A DNA stretch of 64,000 nucleotides, taken from assembly GCA_001244265.2 (NCBI GenBank), contig CDLV01000010.1, positions 930,001-994,000 on the forward strand, given 5' to 3'. Both the position numbers and the translations under genes were made by a program. Under the pieces are notes generated by a model, which saw only the letters and a program-made list of their open reading frames with translations, was not told where the DNA came from and ran no database searches. Below are positions 28,177-40,022 of the stretch, piece by piece. Source of the stretch: Microbotryum violaceum (taxonomy: Eukaryota). Each line of letters opens with the position of its first letter. Position 1 is the first letter of the stretch.

Positions 28177-29028
28177 ATGCTCGTCCGCGGAACCATCTCG
28201 TCCGTCTTGCTCGCGTCCATGTGTTCGGCACTACGGCACTACCTATCTACCACTTATACACGCGCGCCTTGAACATTCTCGGACTTGTGAACCTCGAGCC
28301 TGTAGGTCTTTTCAGCTTTCCGCCGTTGCGGATGTAGAGAAGGCTTCCCCGGGGAACTGCCGCTGACGTTTTCGTCCTTCCTACGCCACCGGAAGAACAT
28401 CCTCACCCCCGGCAACTCGCTCATCAACACAAATGTGCTCGCCAACGTTCTCGGTGTGTCACAGCTCTTATTCCCCCTCAGATGTCATGGGGTGAAATAC
28501 GTCGTTTATGTGGTGGTACTGACACTGATGTTCATCCTTATTCGTCCTCGTCTTTGAACAGGCCCTAGGAACTGCACCGGCAAGGGCGTTCTTGGTATTC
28601 AGACCAACCTCCAGCTTTTTAACTTGTTAAAGGTCAGTCAGGAACCGTTGAAACAATTGTTCCTTTGGATGTCACGCCAAATTTCTTTTTTGAAACCCAT
28701 AAACTGACGCATTTCGTCGTCCGCTCTCAAGGTGTGCTCTTGTGTCGAGGTCCTCAACCCCCTGTCGAACCAAGTCGCTTGCCCTCCCTGCCCCGCCAAC
28801 GCCTCGCCAATTTGTGCCCAAGCCTTGGGTCAATGCGGCTGCGAATGTGACCTCGGATACTATTCGACCAAAGTCAATGGAGCACAAGTCTGCGTCCCGG
28901 GTACGAGCTGCCCGCTTCCCAACCAGTTGATCGCCACCGTCCTTGGAACGACCAAGTGCGTTTGCTCGCGAGGCTACGTCGACGACCTCGCTGGTGGTTG
29001 CATCTCGGCTTGCCTCGTCATCGGGTGA
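28177..29028 (+). CDS. Small secreted cysteine-rich protein (about 165 aa, 5 exons, EGF-like CxC..GY motifs)
   Basis: Spliced product MLVRGTISSVLLASMSFQLSAVA|DNILTPG...VCSCVEV...CGCECDLGYY...CVCSRGYV...*; signal peptide; 15 Cys. Confidence 0.7.
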
Positions 29029-29238
29029 AGGAAGCCTATGTGATTGAGACCCCTTCCAATACCTTAACACACACGCTTGCTTGCTTTTTCGGCTTTGTAT
29101 GACCCCTGCGCGAAACTCACGAAGATTTGCGGCGGGATCCGGATTTTAAGCCTGAGCGCTTTCCCTCATGTAGGTTGAAGAACAACTTTTAGCCATTCCC
29201 ATATGTATATACCGTCGTCCCATCTGAAACTCTGAAGA

Positions 29239-30304
29239 CCTTGCCCGATTCGGTATGTCCGACGCCCATCCTGTTGCGACTCCCATGCAGTCCGATCTCC
29301 GCCTTGAAGTCGAGCTCCAGCCCACCCCGTTCCCGGATCGCACTCGGTACCTGCAGGCTATTGGCTCCCTCATGTACGCGTCCACTGGTACTCGGCCCGA
29401 TCTGCCTACACTGTTGGTTACTTGGCCCGCTTCTCTCACTCGCCGTCTGCTGCTGCTTGGGGAGCTGTCAAGCACGCCTTCCGTTACCTCGCTGGCACTC
29501 TTTCTCACGGCTTACGCTACGCTCGTGGGGATCCGGCTCCGCTCTTGGGCTACTCCGATTGCAACTGGGGTGCGTGCTTCCTTTCTTCCAAGTTGACTAT
29601 GGGTTACACCTTCGTCTATGCAGGTGCTGCTGTCTCGTGGTCTTCCCGCCTTCAGTCGCGCGTTGCAGATTCCACTTGTGACGCCGAGTACCTCGCGCTG
29701 TCGCACGCTGGTAAGGAAGCGATTTTTCTGCGTCAGCTCTTTGGTGAGCTTGACCTTCCGTCTTCGAAGCCTGTTCTCATCTATGGCGACAATCAAGGCG
29801 CCAATGCCCTCACCAAGAACCCCGTTTTCCATGCGCGGACTCGGCACATTCGCCTCCGCGAACACTTTGTCCGGGATATGGTGTCCCTGGGTGATATCAT
29901 TGTTCAATACATCAACACTGGCGAGATGACGGCGGATATCTTCACCAAGGCGTTGTCTCGTGACCTCTTTGCTCGGCACCGCGGTCGCCTTGGCGTCTGT
30001 GCTCCCTGATACTCGAAGTAGGGGGGGGGGGGGGGGGTGAGATTGACAGCCTCCTATGTTTCCTTCATGTCTCCTTTTCTCGGTCTTATTTTACCGCCTT
30101 TTGGCCTGCCTTTCCACACCTTAGCTCTCTTCCTTTCTGGGCTGGGTCCGTGCACCTGACAAGGCGGCTGGCCCAGCCGCGCGCTAACCCGAGGCAACTG
30201 GCTCCGCGTTCCTCTCTCTCCTGCTCAAGCAACTTCTTGGTCTGGTCTCCTTGGTCCGTCGATCAGAGCCTTACCACCGCTTGAGCAGTCGCTACAGTTC
30301 CACA
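29239..30304 (+). mobile_element. 5'-truncated Ty1/Copia retrotransposon: RT C-terminus, RNase H, poly-G PPT and 3' LTR
   Basis: [42 protein letters not shown]17 tract at 30021-30037, then an LTR starting TG at 30038; the LTR end (CA at about 30304) is estimated. Confidence 0.9.
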
Positions 30305-30405
30305 TCTTGCTCATTGTCCGTCCAAAAAGACGATCCAGTTGGTGTTCAGAATCGTTCAGATGCAAAAAGTTTACTCAACCAAAAACTTCGTTCGAGCAAA
30401 AGAAT

Positions 30406-30492
30406 TGAGTCCTGGGGGACTCGAACCCCCGGCCTGGGCAGATCACTATCTCTAATGGAAAGCCCAGATGTTAACCCCTACACTAAGAACCC
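30406..30492 (-). tRNA. tRNA-Gly(TCC) with a 15-nt intron (30441-30455)
   Basis: Cloverleaf: acceptor GGGTTCT/AGGACTC+A, D-arm GTGT/ACAT, anticodon stem TGGGC/GCCCA with TCC, T-arm GGGGG-TTCGAGT-CCCCC. T-runs downstream; TATAA at about -30. Confidence 0.93.
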
Positions 30493-30534
30493 TCTGTGAT
30501 ATTGGTCCCGCAGACTTGGTTATATCAATACCAT

Positions 30535-32026
30535 TTGCCTGGGGGCGGCTAACGCACCGGTTTACTGTCGATCGACACAAGAACACGCCCTTGGCGGTGG
30601 CGGTGGCGGCAGGACGGCTCAACGTGCCTCCCCGGATCGGCACCAGCGGACCGCTCGAGGCGATTCTCCCCAAGCCCGTGGCCCGCTTCGCAATGGAGCA
30701 GCGCCTTCCGGACCCGGTGCTTCCACAGCAGGCGAGCCAGTACAAGCTGCTGAACATGGCTCGACCGTACACCATCCGTCGCATCCGCCGGGTCCTGAAC
30801 GCGAAGGCCTTTACCAACACGCTCGGGCTCAAGGGACCACCGCAGCCGGACGACCTCAGGAGCTTTTGGAAGGCGGTCAACTCGAAGGCACTGACGGCGA
30901 GGGAGAGGGAAGTTTGGTTCAAGCTGATTCTCCGCTTCACCCCGACGCGCAAGCTGCAACACCAACAAAACCACGACACTTCTCCGCGTGCCTCGTCTGC
31001 GAAGCGCCGGTGGACGACACCGACCACTACTTTTTCGGCTGCGTTGACTCGCGGAATGTCTGGATCGCGGCAAGGGGCGTGCTCTGCGACGCACTCGGGT
31101 GCGACACGATTGAGGACGCCCAGTACACGACACTGCAACGGCTCTTTGGCCTCCCAAGCTCAAGGCCAAGCTCAGCGAACAGGAAGGGGCGGGCTGGACA
31201 ATCGAGATCTTCACGGGATGGTTTTGGAGATGATCAGCAGTGGGAGATGGAGGATGCAGAAGCACGGGACGAGGATGGAAAGCGTGGAGAGGAGGGGGGT
31301 GGTACTGGAGGAGATGATGGAGTTGAGGGCGGGACGGCGGGAGGAGCAAGGGGCGGGCGAGGGCAGTAGAGGCTGGGTTTGATTTCCCCCCCTCCACACC
31401 CCACACACACACACCATCACGCTTCATCTTCCAACAAAACACTGTATACTAAATATCTTGCTTTCGTCTTTCATCTATTACAGGTCTGCCTTCGTTGCTT
31501 ATGGACCGGCTCGCGATTTGGGATTGACTCGACGGTGGCTCGCGCTCTTTGGCTTCGGGGTTCCGAGTCAAGGGAGGGATCAGCAGATACAGGCAGAAAG
31601 TCGGTTTTGAGGAGCCAGGGACTGCTGAGGTGGAGGTTTTGAGGGGCTTCCACCGCGTCTTGTTGTGACCGAGCATAGACTTGGGACTTCGCGGGTCAGG
31701 GCAGCTGCGCAGTCGCTCTCCTGTCTTTGTCTCGACCGAGTTGGGAAGTGGGTGCGGGGTGGGCCTCTTGTCGTTAGTAAATCGTTTTGTTACTCTTTCT
31801 CTTTCTCTTTCTCTCTCCTTCTCTCTCTCATTCGTCTCCGGGGGGGGAGGAACCGCTTGGCTGCGGCACTTGAATCCGAAGAATCGGATTGTTGGACTTG
31901 GCCCGTTTCTCGCATCTTGCGGGCGGTCTGTGTTACCATCGTCGACTTCCATCTAGTTTTTCCGTAGGCCAATCTGGGGGAACAGGAATTGGGGGCAATA
32001 TGATGAGTTTCTACAGGAAAAAAAAA
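30535..32026 (+). mobile_element. 5'-truncated non-LTR retrotransposon (L1/Tx1-like): ORF2 C-terminus with zf-RVT and putative 3' UTR
   Basis: FWKAV...VWFKLI...CLVC...DHYFFGC...VW zinc-knuckle pattern; ORF stop at 31382. The 3' end is tentatively placed at the A9 run at 32018-32026; both ends are approximate. Confidence 0.75.
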
Positions 32027-32585
32027 CCCCTTGGGAAACGGAAAAAAGAAAGGAGCCTCATTAGTCTCAATACTTGGTTTGGTATGTTGGCTGACAGTTG
32101 GGCGCTGCAATGCGAGGAATGGTTCTATAAGAAAAAGAAAGGTTTGGTGGACACCGGCCCCTGGGCACGTATCCACGCCCTGGCTTTCGCGGTCGACGAT
32201 AGACTAAGAGCGAGGGGAACTTCGGGAACGGCTCCGGCAGAGCTCCGAACATTCGTCACCGAACATTCGTCAACGCCAGCAATGCTCACGTCAACCGGTG
32301 CAGCGATGTATAACAAAGAATCTTCTGCGCGGTGGCCTGCATCTATCATCTGTAGCTGGTACGCTTCTTTAAGCTAGATCTCCCACCCCTACTCACGCTT
32401 GGCATAGGCAGATCCGAAAGTTCATCCATTGCAACGATCTTGAAGGCGCGAGAAGACGAAGACACGAAATACAAGGCTACAGAGAGAGCTAAACCGATGA
32501 TGTCCCTGGGCTGAGGACATAGTCAACAAACACGCCATAAAGAAGTCCTCCATTATGGTAGGGGAGAGGGAAGCAGAACGAGGGC

Positions 32586-33698
32586 CTACGCAGCGGTGAG
32601 AGCAAGCAGCGTGGTGTTCTCGGCCTGCAACTGGGCAATCATCTGGGCTTGTTCCGCGATACGGTCGTGGAGCTCTTTGAGGTGGTCGGCCTTGCGGATG
32701 CGACTCTTGCGAGCAGCGAGCGTGTTCGAACGACGCTTTTCCTCGATGGCCGAGAGCACCTCCTCGGGCAAATCCGCGCCTTCGCTACCTGGGCTCGAAG
32801 CGACCGACTCGATGACCTCGGACGCCTCACGGCGAGCACGCTTGTTGCCGCCTGTGATAACCTTCTTCAGTAAAGGAGAAGGTGCACGCTTGCGGGTCGT
32901 CTTGCCGGGCAAGAGATAGTTCTTGGGCAGGGTGGGCGCATCAAAGTCGATCATGGGTTTCTTGGTGTTGCGCGTGCCGTTGAACTTGGCCTTCTTACCG
33001 TTCTGTTCGAGCTCAGGCAAAGCCTCGACCTCAACCGTCGCCGCCGCTTCGGTTGGCGAAGCAAAGCTAGCCGAGACGAGGGGAGGCGATGGCAGGGCGG
33101 GCAACGAAGCGAGCTCGGCGTCGAGGGACATGAGTGCGGGCGACATAGTCGTCGTCGCAGCGAGGTGAGGTTTGGCCGGCTGAGAGACGGATGTAGCGGC
33201 AAACAGGCCAGCGAGGTCTTGGGGCTCCCATTGCGGCGAAGCGGGCATAGCGGCGGCGACTATCGACGAGTTGCCGAAGAGACTAGGGTACGCGTCCTCG
33301 ATCGACATCGACGACTGGACAAGGTCGGGCGTGTCCAAGGAGGGCGACGAGCTGCAAACGCTCGTGGGCGAGGCGTCGAACGCGTCGAAGCTAAGATCAA
33401 ACGGCGACGTGTTCAACGACTGCTGCGAGAGGCCGAGGGGCGAGTCGAGCAACGCATCTTGGGTGCGCATCGATGCGGCGCCGAAGGCATGGCTGAACGC
33501 GAGCGGATTCAACGCCGGCGTAATGAGCGAGACGAGGTCGGCCGACGACGAGTCAAGCGCCGAAAGGTCGACGTAGCTCGAGAGCTCGTGGCTAAGCTCG
33601 GTCGCGGCCTTGGCCGGGAGGAACATCGAGTTGAACATAGTGGTGTCTTTGGTGGAGGTTTTGGGGGTCTGTGGTGCGACTACTTGAGGTGCAGGCAT
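32586..33698 (-). CDS. GCN4: Gcn4/Cpc1-like bZIP transcription factor (intronless)
   Basis: Basic region KRRSNTLAARKSRIRK plus zipper at the C-terminus; acidic/Ser-rich activation-like region; uORFs in the leader. Confidence 0.75.
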   Translation of the reverse strand: MPAPQVVAPQTPKTSTKDTTMFNSMFLPAKAATELSHELSSYVDLSALDSSSADLVSLITPALNPLAFSHAFGAASMRTQDALLDSPLGLSQQSLNTSPFDLSFDAFDASPTSVCSSSPSLDTPDLVQSSMSIEDAYPSLFGNSSIVAAAMPASPQWEPQDLAGLFAATSVSQPAKPHLAATTTMSPALMSLDAELASLPALPSPPLVSASFASPTEAAATVEVEALPELEQNGKKAKFNGTRNTKKPMIDFDAPTLPKNYLLPGKTTRKRAPSPLLKKVITGGNKRARREASEVIESVASSPGSEGADLPEEVLSAIEEKRRSNTLAARKSRIRKADHLKELHDRIAEQAQMIAQLQAENTTLLALTAA

Positions 33699-33747
33699 GA
33701 TCGCGGATGCGGGAAGGGTCGGCGTGAGCAGACTGTCTTTGGTAGGT

Positions 33748-33951
33748 CTAGAGTTTGGTACGGGTGCGGTAAGGTTCGTGGGTTGCGACTAGGGACAGGG
33801 AGGCGACGGTTGACAGCTCGAACTCGGGAACTGGGGCGACTGGGCTTGCTGGGTGCAGGTGGTGAAGAAAGCCATGGTGGGCGTGGGCAGGTTTGCTGGG
33901 TCTGTTGAGAGGAAGCAACGTGAGGAAGGGGAGATCAGCAAGGCGGGCCAT
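33748..33951 (-). promoter_or_regulatory. Upstream ORFs of the bZIP gene (ATG 33951; ATG 33875 with stop at 33789)
   Basis: Two ATGs in good context (AACATGG, ACCATGG) between a TATA-like TTTATAT at about 34095 and the main ATG. Confidence 0.65.
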
Positions 33952-34402
33952 GTTTTGTTTTGCAGACAGGCGCGAGCGCAAAGGGGGGAGGGGGGGGCGG
34001 GGAGCACCAGCGCGCGCGCGTAATAACCGAGCGACGGCGAGAGAAAAAAAAGGCTCTGCCCCGAACGAGGGACGGGACGGGGCGACGACGAATATAAAGA
34101 CTCACTGGGTGAACAAAGGTGTTGGTCACTGGGTGGGCTGGGTAGGCTTGATGATTAAACTCTTATGCGGAGAACATGGTGAGCGATGTGGCTTGGTGTG
34201 ATATGGATCGGGGTCTTGAGGCGTAAGGAGAGTGGGGACGAAGGGCAAGAGGGGAGGAGTCAAGCGCCTCGAATTAGGTCCAGAGCCCGAGCTGGAATCG
34301 CATCTGAATCGATCGTGACCGACACCGCGCGCACGGACCGGTTGTACGTAGCCTGCACATCTGGTCTCCGACCGATCCTCACACCACCTACGACAACACT
34401 TG

Positions 34403-36862
34403 ATGCCGCCCCCCACAAGACACCGTGTTAAATCAGTCGCCCTCATGGGCTCGCTATGGTTGGGCACGACGACGCTCGCCGCCACTCCACAGATCGCCTT
34501 TCAGGCCTTCCCCGGCCGCCCGGCGTCGATGCCGTTGCAGCAACCGGGTTCGGGCCCGGATCCGACCGATCGACCTTATCGCGCGCTTCCCTGGGGCGAC
34601 GTCAACATCATCTCCACGACCGACACCCACGGATGGCTTTTGGGACACCAGAACCGGGAGCCCAATTATTCAGGTGACTGGGGCGACCTGTACTCGTTCA
34701 CTCAACGGCTCAGGCACCAGGCGCGAGCAAGGGGCGTCGATCTCTTACTCGTCGACAGTGGTGATAGGGTCGATGGCAATGGTCTGGTCGATGCCGAACC
34801 GATTGAGCATGCCAAGGGGTCAGTAGTAGATTTGATGCGTCTGCCCCAAAGGCAACGTTGTGCTGAACTCGTCCACACGTCCGGCCCCCACTTGTGTGCA
34901 CCCGTTCGACAGCTACACCGCGATGCAGTACTTCCAGAACATGCCCTACGACGTCATCACCACGGGAAATCATGAACTATACCGCTATCCCGTCGCTCGT
35001 TCCGTCCTCGAAAATCTGGTTCAACACTATGACGAACGCTTCGTGGTCAGTGGTGCATCCGCTTTGGTCCCCACGATGACGCCCTGCTCCGCGTACGACC
35101 TAACCCAGCTTGTAAGTTTGCCCCACAGGCATCAAACGTCGAAATCAGGATTACCGACGAATCTTCGGAAAAGCTTGTTCCGTACGGTCGTCGCTTCCGC
35201 AAATTCCGCACCGAGCTGGGCCGCAACGTCACCGCCTTCGGACCCCTCTTTGACTTCAGGGCTCACGCCGCCGGGATCCGAGTCCAAGCGCCTCGCGAGA
35301 TGATCAAGGAACCGTGGTTCTTGGAGGCGATCCGAGAAGAACCATCGTTTTTCCTGCTCGTTGGTCACATGTCGATTCGTTACGAGTTGGACTCGCAGTG
35401 GTCGCTCATCGTCCGGGCGATCCGAGCCGTGCATTCTCGAACCCCTATCTTGATCTTTGGCGGGCACCACCACATCCGGGATTGCGTAATGGTGAGTAGC
35501 AACGAGCACGTTTTCGGATATGAGAATAGGCTCTTGATTCGATCTGCCCGTTGTTCGTCATTGCAGGAGGACGAGCGGTCCATGTCGATAGCAGCTGGTC
35601 GCTACATGGAGACGATCGGGTGGATGAGTGAGTCTGACCTCTCTCGAGCGCCGTCGATCTCCGGAAACTGAGACAGTTAGCTCGTTGATAGGCGTGAGTG
35701 GTATCGATGCAAATAATACTTTGACCTTTGAACGGCGTTTCTTGGATCAGAATCGTGCTACGGTGAGCATCCGCTGCGACCTTTATCGAGCGTTACGTCT
35801 CTTGCTCACCCGTCCGAGAGCTCTTCTTCGCCTCTCGCAGTACGAATTTCACGCTGGCGAGAAGTTTGATACGGTTATGGGCCAAGCCATCACCAAGAAT
35901 CTCTCCGAAGTAGCCAAGGGGTTCAACCTTACGCATCGATACGGCATCGCACCTCAATGTGGGTAGCCTGTCTTGGCGCAAGTCGAGATCGCCGGAGTCA
36001 TTTAGCAAGGACTGACACTTCTCCCTATCACTACAGCTTACTACCTCTCGCGTCACCCTCACAACTCGCAGCAATCAATCCTGAACCTCTTGACTACACG
36101 AGTCCTGCCTCTGCTCGTTACGCGCCCCGATCGACCGAATCCGAGCTGGGTCGTGCTCAATTCAGGCTCGGTGAGGTTCGACGTCTTCAAAGGGCCTTTC
36201 ACTCGCAACGATCAATGGATCATCTTGCCCTTCAGTGAGTCCGGCAACCGTTTCTCTCTCTCTGACTTCTTAGAGCTGACGACGACGCGACCCCCTACTT
36301 AGCCAATTCGTTCCTCTTCGTGCCCGGGGTCAAGCGCTCGGTCGCCCAACAATTGCTGGCCTATCTCAACGTTGTCGGTGAACACAAACTGACGACCTCG
36401 TCCGCCTCCGTCTCTGTTCGCTCGACTGAGGATAATTACGAAGAAGATCGCTGGGTCCAAGAGCGTGAATCGCTCCATCTCGAACATTTGCATCGACGAG
36501 CCCTTCTCGAGGCTTCGAATTTGAGCACCTCAATTCCTCCAAGCGACGACGACGAGGCTTCCAGTCCTTCGATCGGGTATGTGACCCAAGATGCATGCGG
36601 TGGTCTAGGCGACGATACCCTGCATCGCCCCGTCCCTTCAGTCTGGCAACCCATCTTCGTTGCGACCGAGTTCCCGCCCTCCTCCGCCGCCACGGATCGG
36701 ATCGACGTCGTCTTTTTCGACTTTATCCAACCAGACATTTTGGGTGCTTTGAATACACTACAAAACGAGAGAAAGTATGCGAGTTCGGACGTCAAACTAT
36801 TCGTCGAAGATTTGACGGCGAATACTTTGATGCAGGAGTACGCGAGGCGGGAATGGAATTAG
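34403..36862 (+). CDS. Secreted/vacuolar calcineurin-like metallophosphoesterase (5'-nucleotidase, YHR202W-like)
   Basis: [29 protein letters not shown] metal-binding motifs; hydrophobic N-terminus; many introns. Confidence 0.85.
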
Positions 36863-36983
36863 AGCGATAATGGTTCTAGATTGCTTGCAGTGCATTTTTT
36901 TTCTTCTAATTCGTGTCGTTATATTGGGAAGTGCGAGATATGTGCTACAACATCGAGTGTGGCGGAATAGCGAACGAGGAGAG

Positions 36984-38157
36984 CTAGGGTTTTGTCGACA
37001 AGGACCGGAAGAATCTGATCGAACAAGGGGAGAGATTAGCGTTCCGCGATTTCGGCCATCGAGGCGAGCAAGCGAGAGAGTACTAACTCGCTGTACGCTT
37101 GTTCGACATCGAACATGAGCTGTGAAGATTCGACAACTCCGAGTCAGGACCTCCATCGCGAAGCCGACACCGCCTTGAGTCGATCCGACTCACATCCCTT
37201 GCCTGTTCTTCAGTGATGGTCTCGCTCGCACGCATCTGGTTCAACGAGATCATCCTGGTTTGCACCATTGTGCAGCATGAGCCACAGGTCAATTTTGCTC
37301 AAAGAGTGCGTAGGACGAACCAGCTCAACAGCTTGGGCCTCCCTTCCCACTGGCTCGAATTCTTGAACCTCGTGTAGCCACTCATGAGATCAGTCAAGAG
37401 AGGATGAATCTGATCTTTGGACCGGAGGTTGAGCTTGACACCGTCCATGAGGGTGATGAATGCCTGTGTGACGAGAGGGTCAGGCCAGGTCAGAATTCAG
37501 CGAGGTGGGGCTGGGCTCGACGCCCGATCTCGTTAATGGAAACCTACGCCGGTGACTTCTGCGACGTGTTGAGCGGTCTCCACCCCTTCTTCGGAAGCAT
37601 GTTCGATTGTGGCGGGTACACCGACTCGCAAGCGATGAGCGGCGGCGGTGCAGTCCATCTGTCCAGGAATGCCAACGTAATCAGAGCCCCAAGTGGGAAG
37701 TGGGGGTGGTAGCCGAACCCGAAGCGTGAGGGTGGCTGACCCTGTAATCGAGCATGAACGCTTCGATGGTGGGTACGGCATCTCCGACGAGTTTGAGAAT
37801 GGTCTTGTACTGGGCCATCAGCCTCGAGCAAGCAGGGGTGTACCTGTCGAGTGGGGGATGAAGATGGATGAGCGATGAGGACCTGCAAGCCGAGGGGAAA
37901 GACGACGGACTGTGCCTGGGTGATGGAGTCGCGGACGTAGGCCTTCTCGAGGTAGTCGAGCTGTACGATGATGCCGTAGAGGGTTGCGAGCTCGTCGATG
38001 CGCTCGCGGTCGGCATTGGTCGTCGCTAAGCGCACCTCCTGTATGTGTTTTGCCCGGGGTGGGGGAAGAGGGCAGAGTCAATGGACAGAGCAAGCCCATG
38101 GTCTGGAGCGCGACCTGCCTCGTCCAAGTTGAAGCGAGTGGTGGCAGTCGCGGCCAT
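36984..38157 (-). CDS. VPS28: ESCRT-I subunit Vps28
   Basis: NLDEEVRL, LEKAYVRDSI, YTPACSRLMAQYK, FITLMDGVKL, QIHPLLTDLM. The first intron is GC-AG. Confidence 0.93.
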
Positions 38158-38469
38158 CGTGGCTGGCTGGCTGGCTAGATCAGCTACCGGAAGTTGTCGG
38201 TTATAATCACAAGAACGGTGGGACGGTGAAGGTGCTCGACGCGATCTGCCGCGATCTGCCGCGATCGCGCGCGTGGAGGACCAATAAGTAGTAGGGAGGA
38301 CTCTGGAGGACTCTGGAGGCCTTGACCTGGCTCAGCCTGGCTCGTCTGGACTAGACTGGACTCGACTGGACTCGTGCAGGGGCGGGCTAGCGCTATGACC
38401 TCGTCTGCTCTGATCTCTGGCTCCTCCGCACCATCCCGTGCCGTCCCTTTGGCGCATCCGCACCCCACG

Positions 38470-39868
38470 ATGGCGAGCTTTCTATCATGGCTACCATGCT
38501 GCTCAGCCCAGGTGGATAAAGACGAGGTCAGTTGAACGTTCATGTCGCTACCGTCGCTCTGTCGCTCTCTGTCGCGGGCGGCGCACGGCGCACGAAGTGA
38601 CCTCAACTCGTCGCCCCGTCGCCCCGTCGCCCTACTAAGCAAACACCCCTCTATCCCACACAGGTCAACGAACGAACAGCCCTTCTCAACCATGATATAC
38701 TACCCGAGTCAGTGCACTCTTCGACAGCGCATCGTAGACCGCCGCCTTGGCTGACCGCCCTGCTTCCCCTCTGTCGTGCACAGGGCACCGGTCGAGCAAC
38801 CCGCGCCGGGCAGATCCACAGAGGAACAACAGGCACAGCAGGACTACCTCAGAGCCATCATTGATGCTGCATGCGCGCAAGTCTTCTGGATTTCACTCCT
38901 GACCCCTTCCGTCCCCTATCTCTAGCGCGCACCCACCGCTCACCTTCCCGGGAGCTGGCAACAGTGTTCACCCCGAAGCACTAGCGCGTGCCCAAGCTGA
39001 TGATTTGACTCTTTCAATCACAGTCGTTTCGTCAGTGTCACCTCGACGAACCCTTTTGTGAACGCCCACGACTCGAGATCATCCCCCGCTTCACCCAATT
39101 CTTCCCGCTCCCCATCGCCTTCCCCATCGCGTTCCCCGTCCCCGTCTCCGTCCCCAGCTCGACGGCCCAGCCATGCCGATCGGAACGGAACTAGTCAGAG
39201 CCGCAACCGAAGAGCATCAGATTGGAGACCACCTATGGACCATAATTCCGACAACTCGCATTCCTCGTCGACAAGACGAGGTGGCGGACCTTTCCGGGAA
39301 GAAAGTTCGGACGAGGATGGCAAGCGCGTCATGAGGCTTGAGGCAAGCTTTGGACTTGGGGCTAGAACGAGGGGCGCGGCGAGACCACCGAGTGCGCATT
39401 CGCTCAAGACGTTGCCAAGGTCATTTGCGAGAGGGCAGGATGGATCGGTCCGGGGAAGCCCATTGGCTCGGGGTCGCACGCACGAACAGGACGATGAGCA
39501 GGACGGGATGGGACACGACGACGACGACAACGACAACGACGACGACGACGATGCGAGATTTGATACCTACCGAACGGCGAAGGAATCGAACGACGACGGC
39601 AGCGACCTTGACAACTCTCGCCCCTCAACGAACAGATCGTGCACGGGATCGGCGAGGCTGCCCGTTCGAGACGTGTTTACCGCCGAGAATGGCCACGAAG
39701 CCGAGGTCAGTGCAGGGAAGTACTGGCCATACGCTTCCCCTTCGTGATCGCTTACACGTCTAATCTCTTCGCACGCAGCTGCAAAAGGCGATCAAGGATC
39801 TCGAGGCCTCGATGAAGACGTTCAAGCTCCAGCCCGTTGGACCCATCATTGCCGACATCCACGGATGA
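38470..39868 (+). CDS. Probable LAMTOR1/Ego1 (Meh1)-like Ragulator/EGO scaffold (5 exons)
   Basis: Spliced MASFLSWLPCC...NERTALL (acidic dileucine)...EEQQAQQDYLRAIIDAACARFVSV...FKLQPVGPIIADIHG*, matching the LAMTOR1 motif order. Confidence 0.65.
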
Positions 39869-40022
39869 AGCGAACACTTTTTGATTCCTTACTCACTAAT
39901 ATTTGCAAGTTGTACCGCAGTTTCTTTGGACCTAGTTGTAGTATTCGTAGTGCGAAATTGGTCTCGTTACATGAACGTAATCTTACACACAGAAGCAGAA
40001 CGTCGATGACCATCGAGAGCTA

